This document shows positions 1-14,639 of a stretch of 64,000 nt of DNA, one piece after another (within the stretch, counting starts at the first letter, position 1; each line of letters starts with the position of its first letter). The stretch is from the NCBI RefSeq assembly GCF_001194135.2, contig NC_068989.1:41757259-41821258 (forward strand). Reading direction: 5' to 3'. A model generated the notes under the pieces. The model was not told the DNA's origin and did no database searches. It worked only from the letters and a program-made list of their open reading frames with translations. Source of the DNA: Octopus bimaculoides. Taxonomy: Eukaryota. The position numbers and the translations under genes are program-made.

Positions 1-1642
1 TTAATGTGTAAAATCATTCACATGGTTCTTCCTTTCCATTGAAATTTGATTTCCATTTTGAAATCCTTAAATATTTATCAAATGGCTTTATATTCACACA
101 CACACACACACAAATAGAGTTACCAAGGTACTTGCATGCACACACACCAAACCACCAGTGTACACACACACACACACAACTGACACTACAATCACAGGCA
201 CATGCAATTCACTCACACACATGCACACAGAGCCACCAAGATACATACACACATCCTCTCTAACTCACACACCAACCCTCATAAACACACACAAGCGACA
301 CATAAATTACCATCAACACACACACACACATACAGTAGACATAAGCCCAGACAGGTCCTCACCAGCACTACCAGCCCCCTCCAGCAAACTATTGTATTAC
401 AATACAATCACACATTACAGTGACTTCTAGATCTGTGAACAACATTATATTGGACAACTTCTGAATTTACTAACAGCAACAACATCTAATTATTTAAAAT
501 ATTGTTGTTGGTCTCTTTTTCTTTCCTTGTACTTTATATTTCAGTGGTGTTTAACAACACCAACAGAAATTGTTTTCTAATTTAGGCACAAGGACAGCAA
601 TCCTGAGGAGGTGGAGGAGGCAACCAGATTACATTGAATCCAGTACTGGACTGGTACTTTATTATCTTAATCACTCCTCTGAAAGAATGAAAAGCAAATA
701 GGCAAATTTGATCCCGATAATACCACAAGGCATTTTGCCATACAACGTTGTAACAAATCAGTTAGCTCACCATCAAATTGATAATATATATAATTGCTTC
801 AAATTTTAGCACAAGGCTGGCAATTATTGAAGAGGAAGGGGGTTAGTTAATTACATCAACCCCAGTGCACAACTGGTACTTATTGTATCAAGCCCAAATA
901 GATGAAAAGCAAAGCTGACTTTGGCAGGATTTAAACTCAGCATGTAAAGAGCTAGGATAAATGCCACTCAGCATTTCTTCATCTGATGTGCTAACGGTTC
1001 TGCCAGCTCACAGTCTTAACAATAATTCTTCTACTATAGGAAGAGAGCCTTAAATTTGGGAAGCAGAAGATTAATCGATTATATTGACCTCAAAAGGGTG
1101 AAAGGCAAAAATTGATCTTGGTGGAATTTGAACTCAGAATATAAAGCTGAAAGAAAGGTCATTAAACATTTTATCTGGTATGGTGCCACATAAAAGCACC
1201 AGCACTGGTGCATCTAACCCATGCCAACATGAAAAAAAGGGTGTTAAATGATGATGAAAATGATGATAAATAGATATTAATAATAAATAAAAGATGAGCC
1301 ACAAGATATGAAGGAATTGTTTCTTAGTTTATTTGTATACAAGTACAAAAGTCTCCAAAAAGAAAAAAATGAAATGAAACATTGCTCAACTTCTTGCATC
1401 TCTAGATATATACATAGATGTGAGGATGCAAAAAAGGTTAAGCATGATTTCATTTCATTTCCTTGGGGAAATTCAAAGACTTTTTAAAGCTGTATATAAA
1501 TAAACTAAGAAATAATACCATCACCAATTCTTTATTATTATTATTATTATTATTATTAACATACTATTCTGTATAGTACCAGAAATTTTATTCCTCCCAA
1601 GTGTGTGTGTTTACACATACCTGTGTATACACACACACACTC

Positions 1643-1857
1643 ACAAGGGAGTGCTGAAAAGTTCCTGGCTTTAAGGGTATCACGAAAGGCCTGGTAGGAG
1701 GTCCAGCTTTTCGGGTTCTTTTATAGGATTTAAAAAAACTGAAGGACTGCTGCATGAGTGTGTAAATGTAAAAGGGAAATATGTTGAAAAAAATCATAAT
1801 TAACTCCCCCTGCTTTTTCTTTTACTCAAAGCCAGGAACTTTTCAGCACCCCTTGCA
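1643..1857. mobile_element. Mariner-derived MITE, copy 1
   Basis: TIRs AAGGGAGTGCTGAAAAGTTCCTGGCTTT / AAAGCCAGGAACTTTTCAGCACCCCTT, about 215 bp. A second copy is at 53105. Confidence 0.85.
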
Positions 1858-3604
1858 TATAATATGGATGTTAAATGATATTGATGATGATAATATCTAT
1901 CTATCTATCTACCTAGTCTAAAAATCCATAAGCCAGAAAAAAAATGCGTTTACATATTTGTCAATAGACTGGGTATATTACTCAAAGATATTGAAAATCC
2001 ATTTCAGCTGATCTTACCAATCACTTTTGCCCTGGATATTAAATAACTGGGTATTAGATAAAAGCATGCCATACTTTTCCTATACTTGCCATATCTGAAA
2101 TTGATATTACTTAACCATGCTCTGATCTGATACTCAGTTATTTGATATCCAGTGCAAAACCGATTAGTAAGATCAGGTGAAATAGATCTGTAAAACTGTA
2201 TATTTTGGCTATTGATTAATGTGTGTAATAATTTCATGTGCTGTTCAACAAAAGATTTTTAAATACCAAGTATTAAAAATAAAAGTGTTTGGTCCTGAAA
2301 AATAGCATAAACTGCTACTTGTAAATCATTCTGGTAACCATAGAGATAATAATGTTTTGTAAGAAAGCACAAAGTAGTAAACATTTGTGTGTGTGTGTGT
2401 GCNNNNNNNNNNNNNNNNNNNNNNNNNNNNNNNNNNNNNNNNNNNNNNNNNNNNNNNNNNNNNNNNNNNNNNNNNNNNNNNNNNNNNNNNNNNNNNNNNN
2501 NNNNNNNNNNNNNNNNNNNNNNNAGCATTTCTCCTCACTTTGGGATAAACCCACAAATTTGTTGAGGGAAAAGTACAGCTAATTGAACCTCAATATATGA
2601 CATGTACTAGTATAATTATTAATTACTTTTATGGTAATTAATACACAAGGCAATAGATATGTTCTTCTTCCTGGTCCGCAAGTCTGCTGTCTACTCACTC
2701 TCTTACTGGTCTTTTTGAGCTCATTGGTCTTGTACCTTCACCATTCAGCCACCCACGACTCACTTGTGTCTTCACCTGTTGTCACCCTTGTGTCTAATCC
2801 CACCAGCCCTGCACCAACCACAATAGCTAGTCCTTCCTCTCAAGAACATCATCTCTCTGCTCATGTCTTTCCTGCAAGTGTTGACATTTTAATGGAATAT
2901 TAATGGCATCAAGCTCACTAATCTCTGAAGGCCTGCAAAGATCACAGGCACTGCCTCTTCCTCCAGACTTTAACAGATTTATAATGGGGAAGAATAATGT
3001 AAAGTTAATCAAACTATCATTCAGTTATAACTGGTGCTTGTGTTATCAACTTTGAAGAAATGAAAGAAAAATGTCCACAAACACATCTTATTCAGTGTGA
3101 TTTGAGATGAATCCAAACCAAATAGTTTAATATTGACCTTCCCAATCATTGGGAGAAACAATTTTTTGACAAGCCCTATCTAGAAAAACCTGTTCTGCCA
3201 ACATTGCTCTTATATCAAAGTTTGTCAAAAGCATTAGAGACAGCTATATCACAGAATGCAGTTACATACTGTGTGTAGCTACACCAAAGAATACACATAC
3301 ACACTACAACACCTTAGACTTTGATCTTGAAACTATGTCAATCCACGCAGATATGACCTATAATCAGAGATTCACTCATTTGAAGTCAGTAAATTAGCAG
3401 AGTTGTTAGGGCATTGAACAGAATGTCCTATATTATTTCTTCTGACTCTGTGTTTTGACTTCTAATCCAGGTGAGGTCAACTTAGTTTTCAAGATTGATT
3501 TAAAAAGCACCGATCTAAGTCAATTGATTTGGAGAACTGTAGGATTGGCAAACAACATATCTTGTGCTATTTGTTCTGATTTTTAGCATTGCGAGTGTGA
3601 AAGT

Positions 3605-3721
3605 CAGAGGTTTGGGTGTTCAGCTTACGATTATAAAGTAGTGAATTTGACACCCAGTGTCATGTTGTGTCCTTGAGCAAGATACTTTATTTCACAATGC
3701 TCTAGTTCACTCAGCTGGCAT
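3605..3721 (+). mobile_element. Decayed tRNA-derived SINE (fourth family); reverse copies at about 40790, 48690, 48920 and 49390
   Basis: Recurrent TTGTGTCCTTGAGCAAGA.ACTTTATTTCAC..TGCTC.AGT.CA core. Confidence 0.55.
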
Positions 3722-3920
3722 CTGATCCTCAGAGGCTCTGGTCTCATGTCACCTGCACTCAAGTGCACTTTATCCACTCTTATCTCTTTCTCCTGTCACT
3801 CATTTTCTGCCCATCCTCTCAGGTGCTGCATTAACCACTATACTACATGCAATCCTCCACTCCCCATAGCATTGTCCCACTGGAATCAGTTTCTGCATAT
3901 ATATATACATATATATATAT

Positions 3921-3953
<33 letters not shown>

Positions 3954-3961
3954 TATAGTAG

Positions 3962-4450
3962 CTGCTTTCTTGTAAACAAGCAAAGCTATTGCTAGAAAGG
4001 ATCATTGAAATGAGTCATTGATGGTGCAATGCACGACCCTTGTAGGACTCTTGAGCCCAGCCAATGAACAGCTGTGCTGGCTGGCAGAAAGAACAGGTGC
4101 CATAGTATGAAGTCTTTTGACATGTCTTTTCAATCCTCCAACTGAAAGGCATGCCTTTACATAAGTTGCACATGTTCTGTTGTGAACAATAGCCATATTA
4201 CAATTTACAAGGGGTTCATTCTTGCAAGTTCTCTGATGGCTGACCAGGTCTGCATGACTCAACAACTTCCTCCCACAAATCATACATGCAAAAAGCAACA
4301 CTCCTTATTATTGAACACACATACTGAATGTATGCACTTTTGCTTGTAATGCTAGCAGGCTGTGATTTGGAGTGATGGAGATGACTCCATCAAAGTGCAA
4401 GATGGCATTATCTCCACCTTGCCAAATCACAGCCAACTGGCAAACAAGCA
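3962..4450 (-). mobile_element. RTE-clade LINE 3' remnant with two C2H2-like zinc fingers
   Basis: The ORF-track peptide has CMICGRKLLSHADLVSHQRTC and C..YVKACLSVGGLKRHVKRLH. RTE ORFs commonly end in such fingers. No splice context. Confidence 0.6.
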
Positions 4451-5207
4451 AAGCACGTAATTTCCCTATAAGTGTTCAATAACGTTTACAACACTAGCAC
4501 TGCTTCCAATTCATATCTGGATATATATACATATGTGTGTGTGTGTGTGTGTATCCTGTAGAAGTCAATTTGCAACAATTTAAGTGGAATGTTAATGAAA
4601 TCAATCTCATTAATATATTAGGTCTGTGAAGTCCAAGAACAACTCCTCTTCTACCAGGCTAGACCAGACCAAATCAAGCCAAACCAATAATATATACATA
4701 TATTATGGAACTTTCATCTGGAAACTTCAAAAACTAATTCTTAAAAGGAATAAACAGTTACACACACACTCACATACGTGTGCGCACACACACACACACA
4801 CACACAAAGGCAACATGTTCAATGTTAGAGAAATAGTAAAAGTTGAAAACATCATTTTGAGAAAGAAATGGGAAAGGGAGGGGACGAGTGGGACACAAAT
4901 TTAGTGAAAAGTAAAGAACAGGAAAAAAAATGAAGAAAAAAGGTAATAAATAACTGAAAAAGAACATTCAAAGAATTCTTTTTATTTTAACTGAAAGGAT
5001 TACATAGGAAGATTAGATTACTATGGGACTGTGGAGTGACAAATATGTTTCTATTTCTACACACACATTTATGTATTGTATGTCTGTCTGTCTATCTATC
5101 TATCTATCTATTATCTATTTATCTACCTACCTATCTTTCTGTGTCTGTCTGCCTATCTATCTGTCGACACAAATATACATAGCCACATGTCTATCTTTGT
5201 GTGTGCA

Positions 5208-5260
<53 letters not shown>

Positions 5261-5301
5261 NNNNNNNNNNNNNNNNNNNNNNNNNNNNNNNNNNNNNNNN
5301 N

Positions 5302-5337
<36 letters not shown>

Positions 5338-5374
5338 ACACAAATGTATTTATCTTTGCTTGTATATACGTGTT

Positions 5375-5425
<51 letters not shown>

Positions 5426-6465
5426 GTTAATCTATTTGTGTATAAAGAGAAAGAAAAACACACGTATTTATGCATGTATCATATATGCGTGAGTGTGTGA
5501 GTGTATATGCCTTTAATCATCAAAATTTGGGAAATATTGAATTACTTGTAAACGTCATGGGAACGGAGTAAGGAATGCTTTACATTTGCAGCAAATTCAC
5601 TGGGTACCACCGTTTTTTTTCCTTGTTTATTTTTTTTCCCTGAGTTCCACTAAAAATTACTTGAAACTAATAATAAAGCCGAAACACTTGCACGCATGAC
5701 TGTATGTGGTGTGTGTGCATGTACACCATTTGTAAATATGTATGCTATGAACAAACTCAATAGGACTCAATACAAGAAGTAGGTTTACTTCTTTTTTTTC
5801 TTCTACTACTCTCAGCCTGTAGAGTGTGGCCATGCTAGAGTACCAACTCAAAGGATTTAGTCAGTTATATTGTCTTCACTTACTCTGCATCCAGTACTTA
5901 TTGTTTAAAGTCTGATACATTATTGAATCATTATTCATTTGTTGCACTGCTAAGTTAAGGGATATAAAGTGCACCAGTTTTTAAGCAGTGTAAATCTAAC
6001 ACACACAGACTCACAATATGTCACAGTATGGCCTTAAGTGTCTGAAGCCAATAAAAGAGATTTATATGATCTGATACTATGTGCTACATTAGAACAATCT
6101 AGAAACAAAATAATATAAATACAAAAAAGAGAGACTCAATTATAAGGGGTCTCTGTTGAGTAAACCTAATCATTTAGGTATTTTTAACACACTGCTTCTG
6201 TGATTCCCAATGAAAACATTTCTCAGTGGAAACTGTTTTGTTTTTCCTCCCATAGAATTAACATATCCTGTTGTATAAACATACTTATCAGCCCTATCTA
6301 GAGATAAACCTTAACTTCCAGCATCTATACTTACATGATACAGGGTATAGACTTTAGTCTCTATTTAGATTCAGTGGATTCTAAGGTATCCGTATGTGTA
6401 TATATATATATAACCTACCCACTCAAGGAATGTCATGCATCTAGAGATAATTGAAATATGTATAA

Positions 6466-6499
<34 letters not shown>

Positions 6500-7690
6500 A
6501 AATGTTTAAGAAAGCAAAGTTCTAGATAAAAAAAAAAAGATTCGTTGTTTACTTGCGTATGATGTGAGAAATTTAATACAAAACTTCAGGGCCAATATTA
6601 TGGGTAGGGGAACATATTTTGGAGAAAAAAATCCAAGGTGGGTGGGGAGCAGATAAGATATATTGTTAATTTCTATGTACAAAAAGTAGGGGTTGCATTA
6701 TATTTGAGAATACATAGTGCTTATGTAAATAAGGTTAGTTGAATGCATGAGTTTTGTTTTAATTGGATTGGCACGACTGCTAGAGCATGAGAAAAAATTT
6801 TTCGTGGTATTTATTCTGGTTCTTTGCTTTCCAAGATCAAATCATGCTACAGTCAACTTTGCCTTTCATACTTTCAGAATTGCTAAAAGAAGTGTCAGTC
6901 AGTTGGGATCAACAGTATTGACTGTTTATTCTTGTTTCATAGTTCAGTCATTGTGCTTATATACTTCATCATCATTTTTAGAGATAAGAATTGGCTCCCA
7001 TGCTGGTGGAATGTAATATGCACCATTCATGTGTCTGTCGTTACTAATGCCACCTGACTGGCTTCCCGTGCTGGTGGCACATAAAAAGCACCATCCAAAC
7101 ATGGTTGATGCCAGCTCCCTTGCTCCGATTGCCTCTTGTGCCGGTGACACGTAAAAAAACATTCACTACACTCTCAGAGTGGTTGGCATTAGGAAGGGCA
7201 TCCAGCTGTAGAAACATTGCCAGATCAGATTGGAGTCTGATGTGGCTCCCTGGCTTGCCAGTTCCCAGTCAAACCGTCCAACCCATGCCATCATGGAAAA
7301 TGGACATTAAACAACGATGATGAATTTGTAGAACATTGATCAAAATACTTAATATCTTACAGCACTTGGGTATTTATTTTTTCAATTCAAATCCCACTAG
7401 AATCAACTTTGCTGTTCATTCTTTTGAATATTGATAAAGTAGATACCAGTCACGTACTAGGGTCAATATAATCAATTACAAGACTCCCACAAAATCTATG
7501 GGCTTGTGCATCACAAATCCTTTTTATTGGTTTAAGCATCAAGAGAAGGGTAATGCTCATGGCCATTGCAGGGCCCTCTAAGACAGCTACAACTGATAAT
7601 GATAGATCTTAGTTTGTACATCTATCAAATTAAAATCAACAGGAAGAATGTGGGAAGTTGAAACAGCACAAAGGAAAGTCTGATCGAGAA

Positions 7691-7723
<33 letters not shown>

Positions 7724-7814
7724 TTTGAGAGTGGGGTTGGTAATGACTGACATAAGGTTTTAATTGAAATGCTAACGATTAAATTTCATCTAGTTTCTAA
7801 TGCTGAGTTTCTAG

Positions 7815-7860
7815 GCTGCCATGTTAAAAGTAAATGAGGACATTCGGCAGAGAAGGCCTG
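7815..7860 (+). CDS. Candidate plus-strand exon AAMLKVNEDIRQRRP
   Basis: Acceptor tgagtttctag|, 46 nt open, donor ctg|gtaaat. It is an isolated exon with no confirmed partner. Confidence 0.3.
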
Positions 7861-9654
7861 GTAAATTCTAAAAGACTGCATAGAAAATCTTGAATGATCT
7901 GAGACTGCTCACTAGACAGTCAGTCAGAGTTGGTTAAAGGAACTACAACAGGAAGAATAAAAAAAAAACAAAAAAAACACACACACACACACACAAAGAG
8001 AAACAATCATCATTTAAATATACCACCACCACTACTACTCTTATCAATAATTATACCTTAGAAATTAAATAAATATATAAAAGCCTAAGAAAATTGTAAA
8101 AATATAGAATTAAAAAAGAATGAAGTATTAGAGCCAAAAGTATTAGAGTGGGTGAAGAAAGGTAAGAATTTGTCGAGACAGGAGACAATGTTTAAAGTTT
8201 GAGGGTAGGTAATATGATTGATGGTGGTGGGGGCGATGGGGTGGCAACGAGAGAGAGGAGAAAGAGAGAGGCAGACAAAGAAAGAGAGGAATGACGCACA
8301 ATTGTGTACTGGGCTCAGAGGAATTTGGAAGTGAAGATTATAGGTTAATGACTGCCAATAAGGATATCTGGTTTGGTGCTAGTAAGAAATGGAACAGAAA
8401 ATAATACTATTTCCTTCCACTTGCTACAAAATAAAATTCAAAAAAAAAAAAAGCACACACACACACAAAGAAAACAAATAAGCAAGCCACAATAAAAGCA
8501 GCAACAATAATGCCTGGAATAATTAGCATTCGTTAATATTAGAGTCAAGGCAACAAAGACTACTGCAAGAAAAAGAGAGGTAGCAGGAGAGGGGTGAGGG
8601 TATGATGGGTAATTTGTGATAAATACAAGCATACAGTTTGCCCTCTCACAACCTGTATGAAGTTACACCAGACTTCAAATGATTTTTAGCTTTCAGCCTT
8701 ATTACTTCAAATAAATATATACAGAAGTGTAAGCACAACATTAACGCAGACACAAAAATTGCAAACACCCAACTGAGGTATATAGACACATAAAACTGCA
8801 AGCATTAACACAGATATACAGCTACCAATACCAAACCGCATGCAAATAAATGATTGGCTGTGACACAGCAGTTAACTAATAGAATTTGTTTGATATATTT
8901 ATTAGAAATAAATCAATTGAATAGAAACTGTACAAAAAAGCAAGCCGATCTTCTGAGAGAAGAATATGGTTGCTATAACACAGAACTAGATGAATCATAC
9001 AAAATTCCTACTGCTATATTAGTTAAATTATTATCATTATTACATTTTTTTTTTTTGGTCTTTTACAGCAATATGTTGACATGGTTTTTGAAACACATAA
9101 CAAAACCTTGAATAGAATGGTAGAACCAATTCCAAACTTTCAAGCGCTGTCATTTTATCTTCGTTATTATGCATACCAGCATATATTATTTGGTGGATCT
9201 CTTTCCTTTTATCTACTCCTGTCGCTAGATGTTTCAGCTGTTTTCAAAAGAATGAATTGTCTAAAAAAACTGTTTAAACCACATCTAACTGCTTTGTACT
9301 ACCTTTCAAATATATGTATCTATATACTACAGTTTGTGTAAACTTAGGCTTCAAGATTCACCTCATGACTTAATCAACAAATTGAATAAGCAAGTATGGA
9401 AAAACAAGAAGATCCAGTTGACACAAATTTTAAAATAAATTTGAACTCTACTTTCATTATCGAGTCATGTCTTCAGTAAATAATTTACTGTTGTAATTCT
9501 TAAACTGGCTTTAAAATAATAACCTCAATTTAAAACAAACATATTGACACATTATATATATACATACACACACACAAAATTCTAGAACTTCCGATTTTTA
9601 CATATTGATGCGAGACATGGGTAATGAATACAAGTCAGCAAAAGGCCATGGTGA

Positions 9655-9980
9655 ACACTTTTTGCACAAGAAACTTGAGGAGAATATATCATACCCTATA
9701 AGGACCACGTTTTCAATGACATTGTACCAAATGGCTGACAGAAAGCAAATGAACACAAAGATAAAGGAACTCTAGCTGAGATGGATTGGTCACCAACAGC
9801 AACACCCACCCAATGAATGTTATCAACAGTGCTTGCTGCTTAACACCCTACAAGGTGGAAAGTGCAAGAGGAAACTACCAAGAACAACTTACCACTGTCT
9901 TATTCATGCTGACTGCAGGATGTCACTCAGTGAAATACTTCTAGAGACTGAAGATGGAATTGAGTGGAAAGGCTTAATAA
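9655..9980 (+). mobile_element. RTE LINE C-terminal remnant
   Basis: Decayed W-x-G-H...GK(R)KR..PRTT...D...EW pattern (agatggattggtcac; ggtggaaagtgcaagaggaaactaccaagaacaact; gaattgagtggaaagg). Confidence 0.55.
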
Positions 9981-12445
9981 ACTATATCTGCCAATGACTA
10001 ACTACATACACCCTTTTTTCTCCTTTTATTCATACTTCTTTGTTGAAATTTGAATGGAGGCCTTCAAAACGCATTTCAAGATGCATAAAGATCAGAACTT
10101 AACAGCAGCTCTTGAACTATATGTATATAAAATGACTACAGATGTTATTTCTTGACTCAAGAAAATAAGCTTCAAAGCAAAGGCAACAGAGAAGAGTTCT
10201 AGCAAGATCTTGTCAACAAAAACTCCATGTGCTTTAAATGCACAATACATCTCAGATATCCAAGTGGCTAAATAGTATCAGCAGAAGGGCACTCATGAGT
10301 AATTACCTGGATGCAACCCTACCCACTAACAGTTAAAGGCCAAAACATTTGCCTAGGTGGGGTTTCTTTTCAGAAGACCTTCTGCTATCCAGCTCTCCCA
10401 AGAGTTTCTTACAACTATGTATGTACATTTGTACATAAAAATACTTTTGCATGTGTGTGTGTGTGTGTGTGTGTGTGTAAACATTTACATTATGTATAAG
10501 TGTATTTCTGTATTACATTCCTACCAATTGATAGAACGACCAACTCAAAATGCAACATAGGCTTGCTAGCTTGATTATCCCATAACAGGCTTAATCAGTT
10601 AAGATAAACTTGTAGTATGCTATTTGTCATATTCCTGGGAGCAAAATTTCTTTAACCTCATCAATCTTATCAAACTGAACATCAGCCCTTTAATCTCACC
10701 AGTTTTGAGAGTGGTGCAACAAAGTCTGTGGCTAGTTTTCTGAATCTTCTCTCAAATAATCAATAAATAATAAAAGGGAAAAAAGTAGTTTCTCTCTTCA
10801 TGTTCTATGTTCAAAGCTCACATGAGTCAATTCTGACTTTCATTCCTCTGGGAATCAATAAAAGAAGAATAGAATAGAAATACTACTCTGGAAGAAGAGG
10901 GAGAGAGAAAAGGAGAAGAGAGGACATTTTAAAAATAGTCTTCACCTTTTTGTCATTATATTTTTGCTGAAATATGCAGCTTCTGTTGCAATTAATTTTT
11001 AAAAATAACAAAGAATATAGTAAAATAACATTTTTTTTTTTATTATTAAGCTGGTGTTTGGAACATGAAATTTTGGTGGAAGGTTTTAATTTAGATCTCT
11101 TAAAGCATATGAAGTTTGTATTAAAAAACCAGAGGCAATCTCAGGCCAGTTAGCTTCAGAAAAGTTAAAACAGCACCCAAGGCTGGAGGTACAATTTATT
11201 TTCAAGATTCCATTAACTATAAATAAGGTCTCCCAATTCATGGAGGCTACAAAATGATTCAACAACAGAAACATTTAACTTTCTTTCTTCCTTTTAGTTT
11301 TTTTTTGTTTTGTTTTCATTTATTCTTCTGTATAAAGGTTATTATATACCTTCCTCAGCCTGTCATGGCTTACCAGCTTTACATGGACATTTAAATGGAT
11401 TGAATACACAAAACAAGATACCCCTACATTATTTTATCAAGATGAGAACTGACTGGGACACTGCCCAGAGGGTTACCCGGGATGACCTGAGCAAATAACT
11501 ACAAATAGCAGATGTAGCGCTGCATTGCAACAGCACATGCCTCCATGCATGACCTGATGACCAGACAACTAATGTTGGATCAAAAAAATATGCTCTAATC
11601 TTAAGAGGGAAAATTAACAGAGTTGTCAGAACACAAGATGTAATGACATTCACTCTAGTTTGGTATTGGGAGCTAAAATACTGCAAAGCCAAATTTGCCC
11701 TTCATTTTTTGGGGGTTGATAAATAAAGTACCAGTTCTGAGGTACAGGTGTAGCTGTGTGGTTAAGAAGTTTATTTCCCAACCATATGGTTTTGGGTTCA
11801 GTCACACTGTGTGGCACCTTGGGCAAATGTTTTCTCCCATAGCCTTATGAGTGGATTTGTTAATCAGAAACTGAAAGAAGCCCATCATATGTGCGTGTGC
11901 GTGTGAATTGAATGTATGCAAGTGTGTGTCTCCTTCACTTAAGATTGTATGACTGTTGTAAGTGAATATCATTCGTTTCCAATATTCTGCAAATTATTCC
12001 TATGAGGAAGTATTACCTTTCTGGAAACAGGTAAAGGTTGGTGACAGGAAAGGCATTCAGCCATAGAAAATCTTTCCCATTATACTTCATTCAACCCATG
12101 CAAGCATAGAAAAGTGGATGCTAAAATGAAGATGATGGTAAGCTCTACTGGAATTGATTCTTCTCTCTGTCTCTCTCTCTCTCTGGAAGAAATCAGTTGC
12201 AGTCAGACTCAAAGGAGGATAAGCTTCAAGTCTAAAAGCATCCAAGACATGTCACACATCACAATGGCACTCCTATGACATCACCAAGAAATGTGGACCC
12301 AGGGCGAAGCAAAGCGTTTCTATCTTACAACTATTAACTTTTAGCCTAATCAAAATATATCAATGCAGAATGGCCTCTCGGAAGTATAAGACAGATACTT
12401 TACATAGTGATGGCAACTCAATAAACGTTTAGCTTCTTTACCTAC

Positions 12446-12573
12446 CACTTGAAGACAATATTGCTCTGGTGAATAATGATATGAAGTGCAGCTGTAAACA
12501 GATTAACAAAAGCATCGACAGAGAATGTAGGTTGTGTTAATAAATCTTCAGGAAAGTAATCTGTCATAAGAAG
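12446..12573 (-). CDS. Candidate exon LLMTDYFPEDLLTQPTFSVDAFVNLFTAALHIIIHQSNIVFK
   Basis: Open frame between acceptors CTAACAG| (12574) or TTATGACAG| (12561) and donor TG|GTAGGT. Unique, CpG-retaining sequence. No family recognised. Confidence 0.3.
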
Positions 12574-13160
12574 CTGTTAGTTGGTTGTATAATTAGTCAA
12601 TTGATGGAATAATTCCTTACAGATACACACTGTGTGTCTTATCTGTGAGAGTCTGCTAAATACATTGATGTACAAACACATACATACATATGCACATACA
12701 CACATCATCTATGATACTGTGCTAACTACATTGACATACAACACACGCATGCACGCACGCACACATGTACACTCGTATGGAGGCACAAATGGACATCATC
12801 CAACAAATGTCCTTTTATGCCATATGTTCAGTCTGTCATGAGATAGACAATAAAACAAAATGTAAATTAATGAAAGATATTCAATCCTTTGCCTGAGAGA
12901 ATAAGCAATATCTTAACATAGAAAACACAATAAATGTTCATAGCTGTAGGACAGTTTTATGAATAGCTAGGGGAAATTTTGCATAAGGGTAAATCTTGAG
13001 TAGTTAAGAAGCTTGCTTCCTAACCATGTAATTTTGGGTTCAATCCCACAGCTTGGCAGCAAGGACAAATGTCTTTTACAGTAGCCTAAGACTGACCAAA
13101 GCCTTGAGAGTGGATTTAGTAGATGGAAATTGAAAGAAGCCCATCATCCATCATGTGTGC

Positions 13161-13201
<41 letters not shown>

Positions 13202-13391
13202 ACCATCAATAACTTTGCCGACAGTGGGTAATGTTGCTAGTTTTCCATAAATATATGGTAAATGTTGTTGCAAAATAGAATCAAAATTCTTGTAGAGTCA
13301 AGCCAGCAAGTCATATATTTTATTACATCAAATGATGCTTTGTTTGTTTCTTTTTTTCTTTCTAAGATGGCAAAGCCTGGAAAAATCATGG

Positions 13392-14018
13392 ATTACATAG
13401 AAAAATGCAAGCATGAAAAGTAATATTCTTAAGATTATAAACCTGNNNNNNNNNNNNNNNNNNNNNNNNNNNNNNNNNNNNNNNNNNNNNNNNNNNNNNN
13501 NNNNNNNNNNNNNNNNNNNNNNNNNNNNNNNNNNNNNNNNNNNNNNNNNNNNNNAAAAGTACAGGACACATTATTACACCTGTAAAAGTATAAGACAAGC
13601 TATTACTTCAAGTAAAGTAAAGAATAAGAAATTTTTTACTTAAAATACTGCAGCTAAAATTAAAATTTGAATATTAAAACTTATTTTATTATAGTTTACA
13701 AATAACACTATACTTATTTAAGTAGAATTTTGCTAATTTACTAACTTAAATATAGAAAAAAGTGACTAATTAGACAAACTTACAAATTAGCTGAACAATT
13801 TTGTACAATAATTTAAAAGATGAGAAATGTGAAGAGTGATAAATTAGAAGAACTGGCATTCTTTGCTGCAATATTTTAACTAAAAAATTTCTTATTCTTT
13901 ACTTTACCAGAAGTAATAGCTTGTCCTATACTTTTACAGGTGTAATAACTTGTTCTGTACTTTTCCAAGTTTATAATCTTAAGAATATTACTTTTCATGC
14001 TTGCATTTTTCATGTAAT
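13392..14018. mobile_element. Foldback/MITE with about 155-bp terminal inverted repeats
   Basis: 13392-13654 (spanning an N gap) is the reverse complement of 13865-14018, with an AT-rich spacer of about 210 bp. Confidence 0.8.
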
Positions 14019-14596
14019 AACTACAGACTAACCCAAAGCCTTGTAAGTAGATTTGGTAGATGGAAACTGAATGAAGGCTGTTGTGTGTGTATGTGTTACT
14101 GTTATAGTTGTAAACGATTGTCACTGTTATGCAAGTAGCATTCTTCATTTCCAATCTTCCATGAAAACATGTCTGGTCATGGGAAAATATGATCTTACTT
14201 GGAAACAGCTGAGGTTTCGCAACAGGAAGGGCATCTGGTTGCAATAAGACCACCTTAACAAATTTCATCTGACCCATGCAAGCATGGAAAAGTGAATGTT
14301 AGAATGATGACGACGATGATGAGTTTCTATTCTACACCCTATCAACTAGTCTAAGAACATATGAAGATACTATCAGGTAATATCCACCCTCTTCTTGCTA
14401 TCTAATTAAACAAAACACAACACTCTAAAAGATAATGGCTACAGTGAAATACCAATATATCGTGTGCTGCAAAGTACTTCAATAATGTACAACAGAAATT
14501 GATTTTTTTTCCCCTGGTTTCATACAATCAAAAGAATCAATTTTGAATGAAATATTGTTCTAAATACAATTTCCAGCATGGGAATGCCAAGACTAG

Positions 14597-14639
<43 letters not shown>

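Noticed and set aside
39-430. His/Thr-rich ORFs, and all similar HT, YI, CV and X-filled ORFs across the track
   Set aside because: They are translations of (CA)n, (TA)n and (ATT)n microsatellites or N gaps.
2631-3012. Unique GC-richer block with a plus ORF and a minus-strand AIVVGAGLVGL (Rossmann-like) string
   Set aside because: The motif lies in a 30-codon frame bounded by stops with no usable acceptor. It is likely chance or a decayed TE.
11552-11590. CTGATGA followed by a hairpin
   Set aside because: No GAAA after stem II and no stem III or cleavage triplet, so it is not a hammerhead. The same applies to CTGATGA sites near 32020, 46966 and 59110.
13367-13420. Strong plus-strand acceptor followed by MAKPGKIMDYIEKCKHE
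   Set aside because: Half of the frame and the donor lie inside the foldback TIR.
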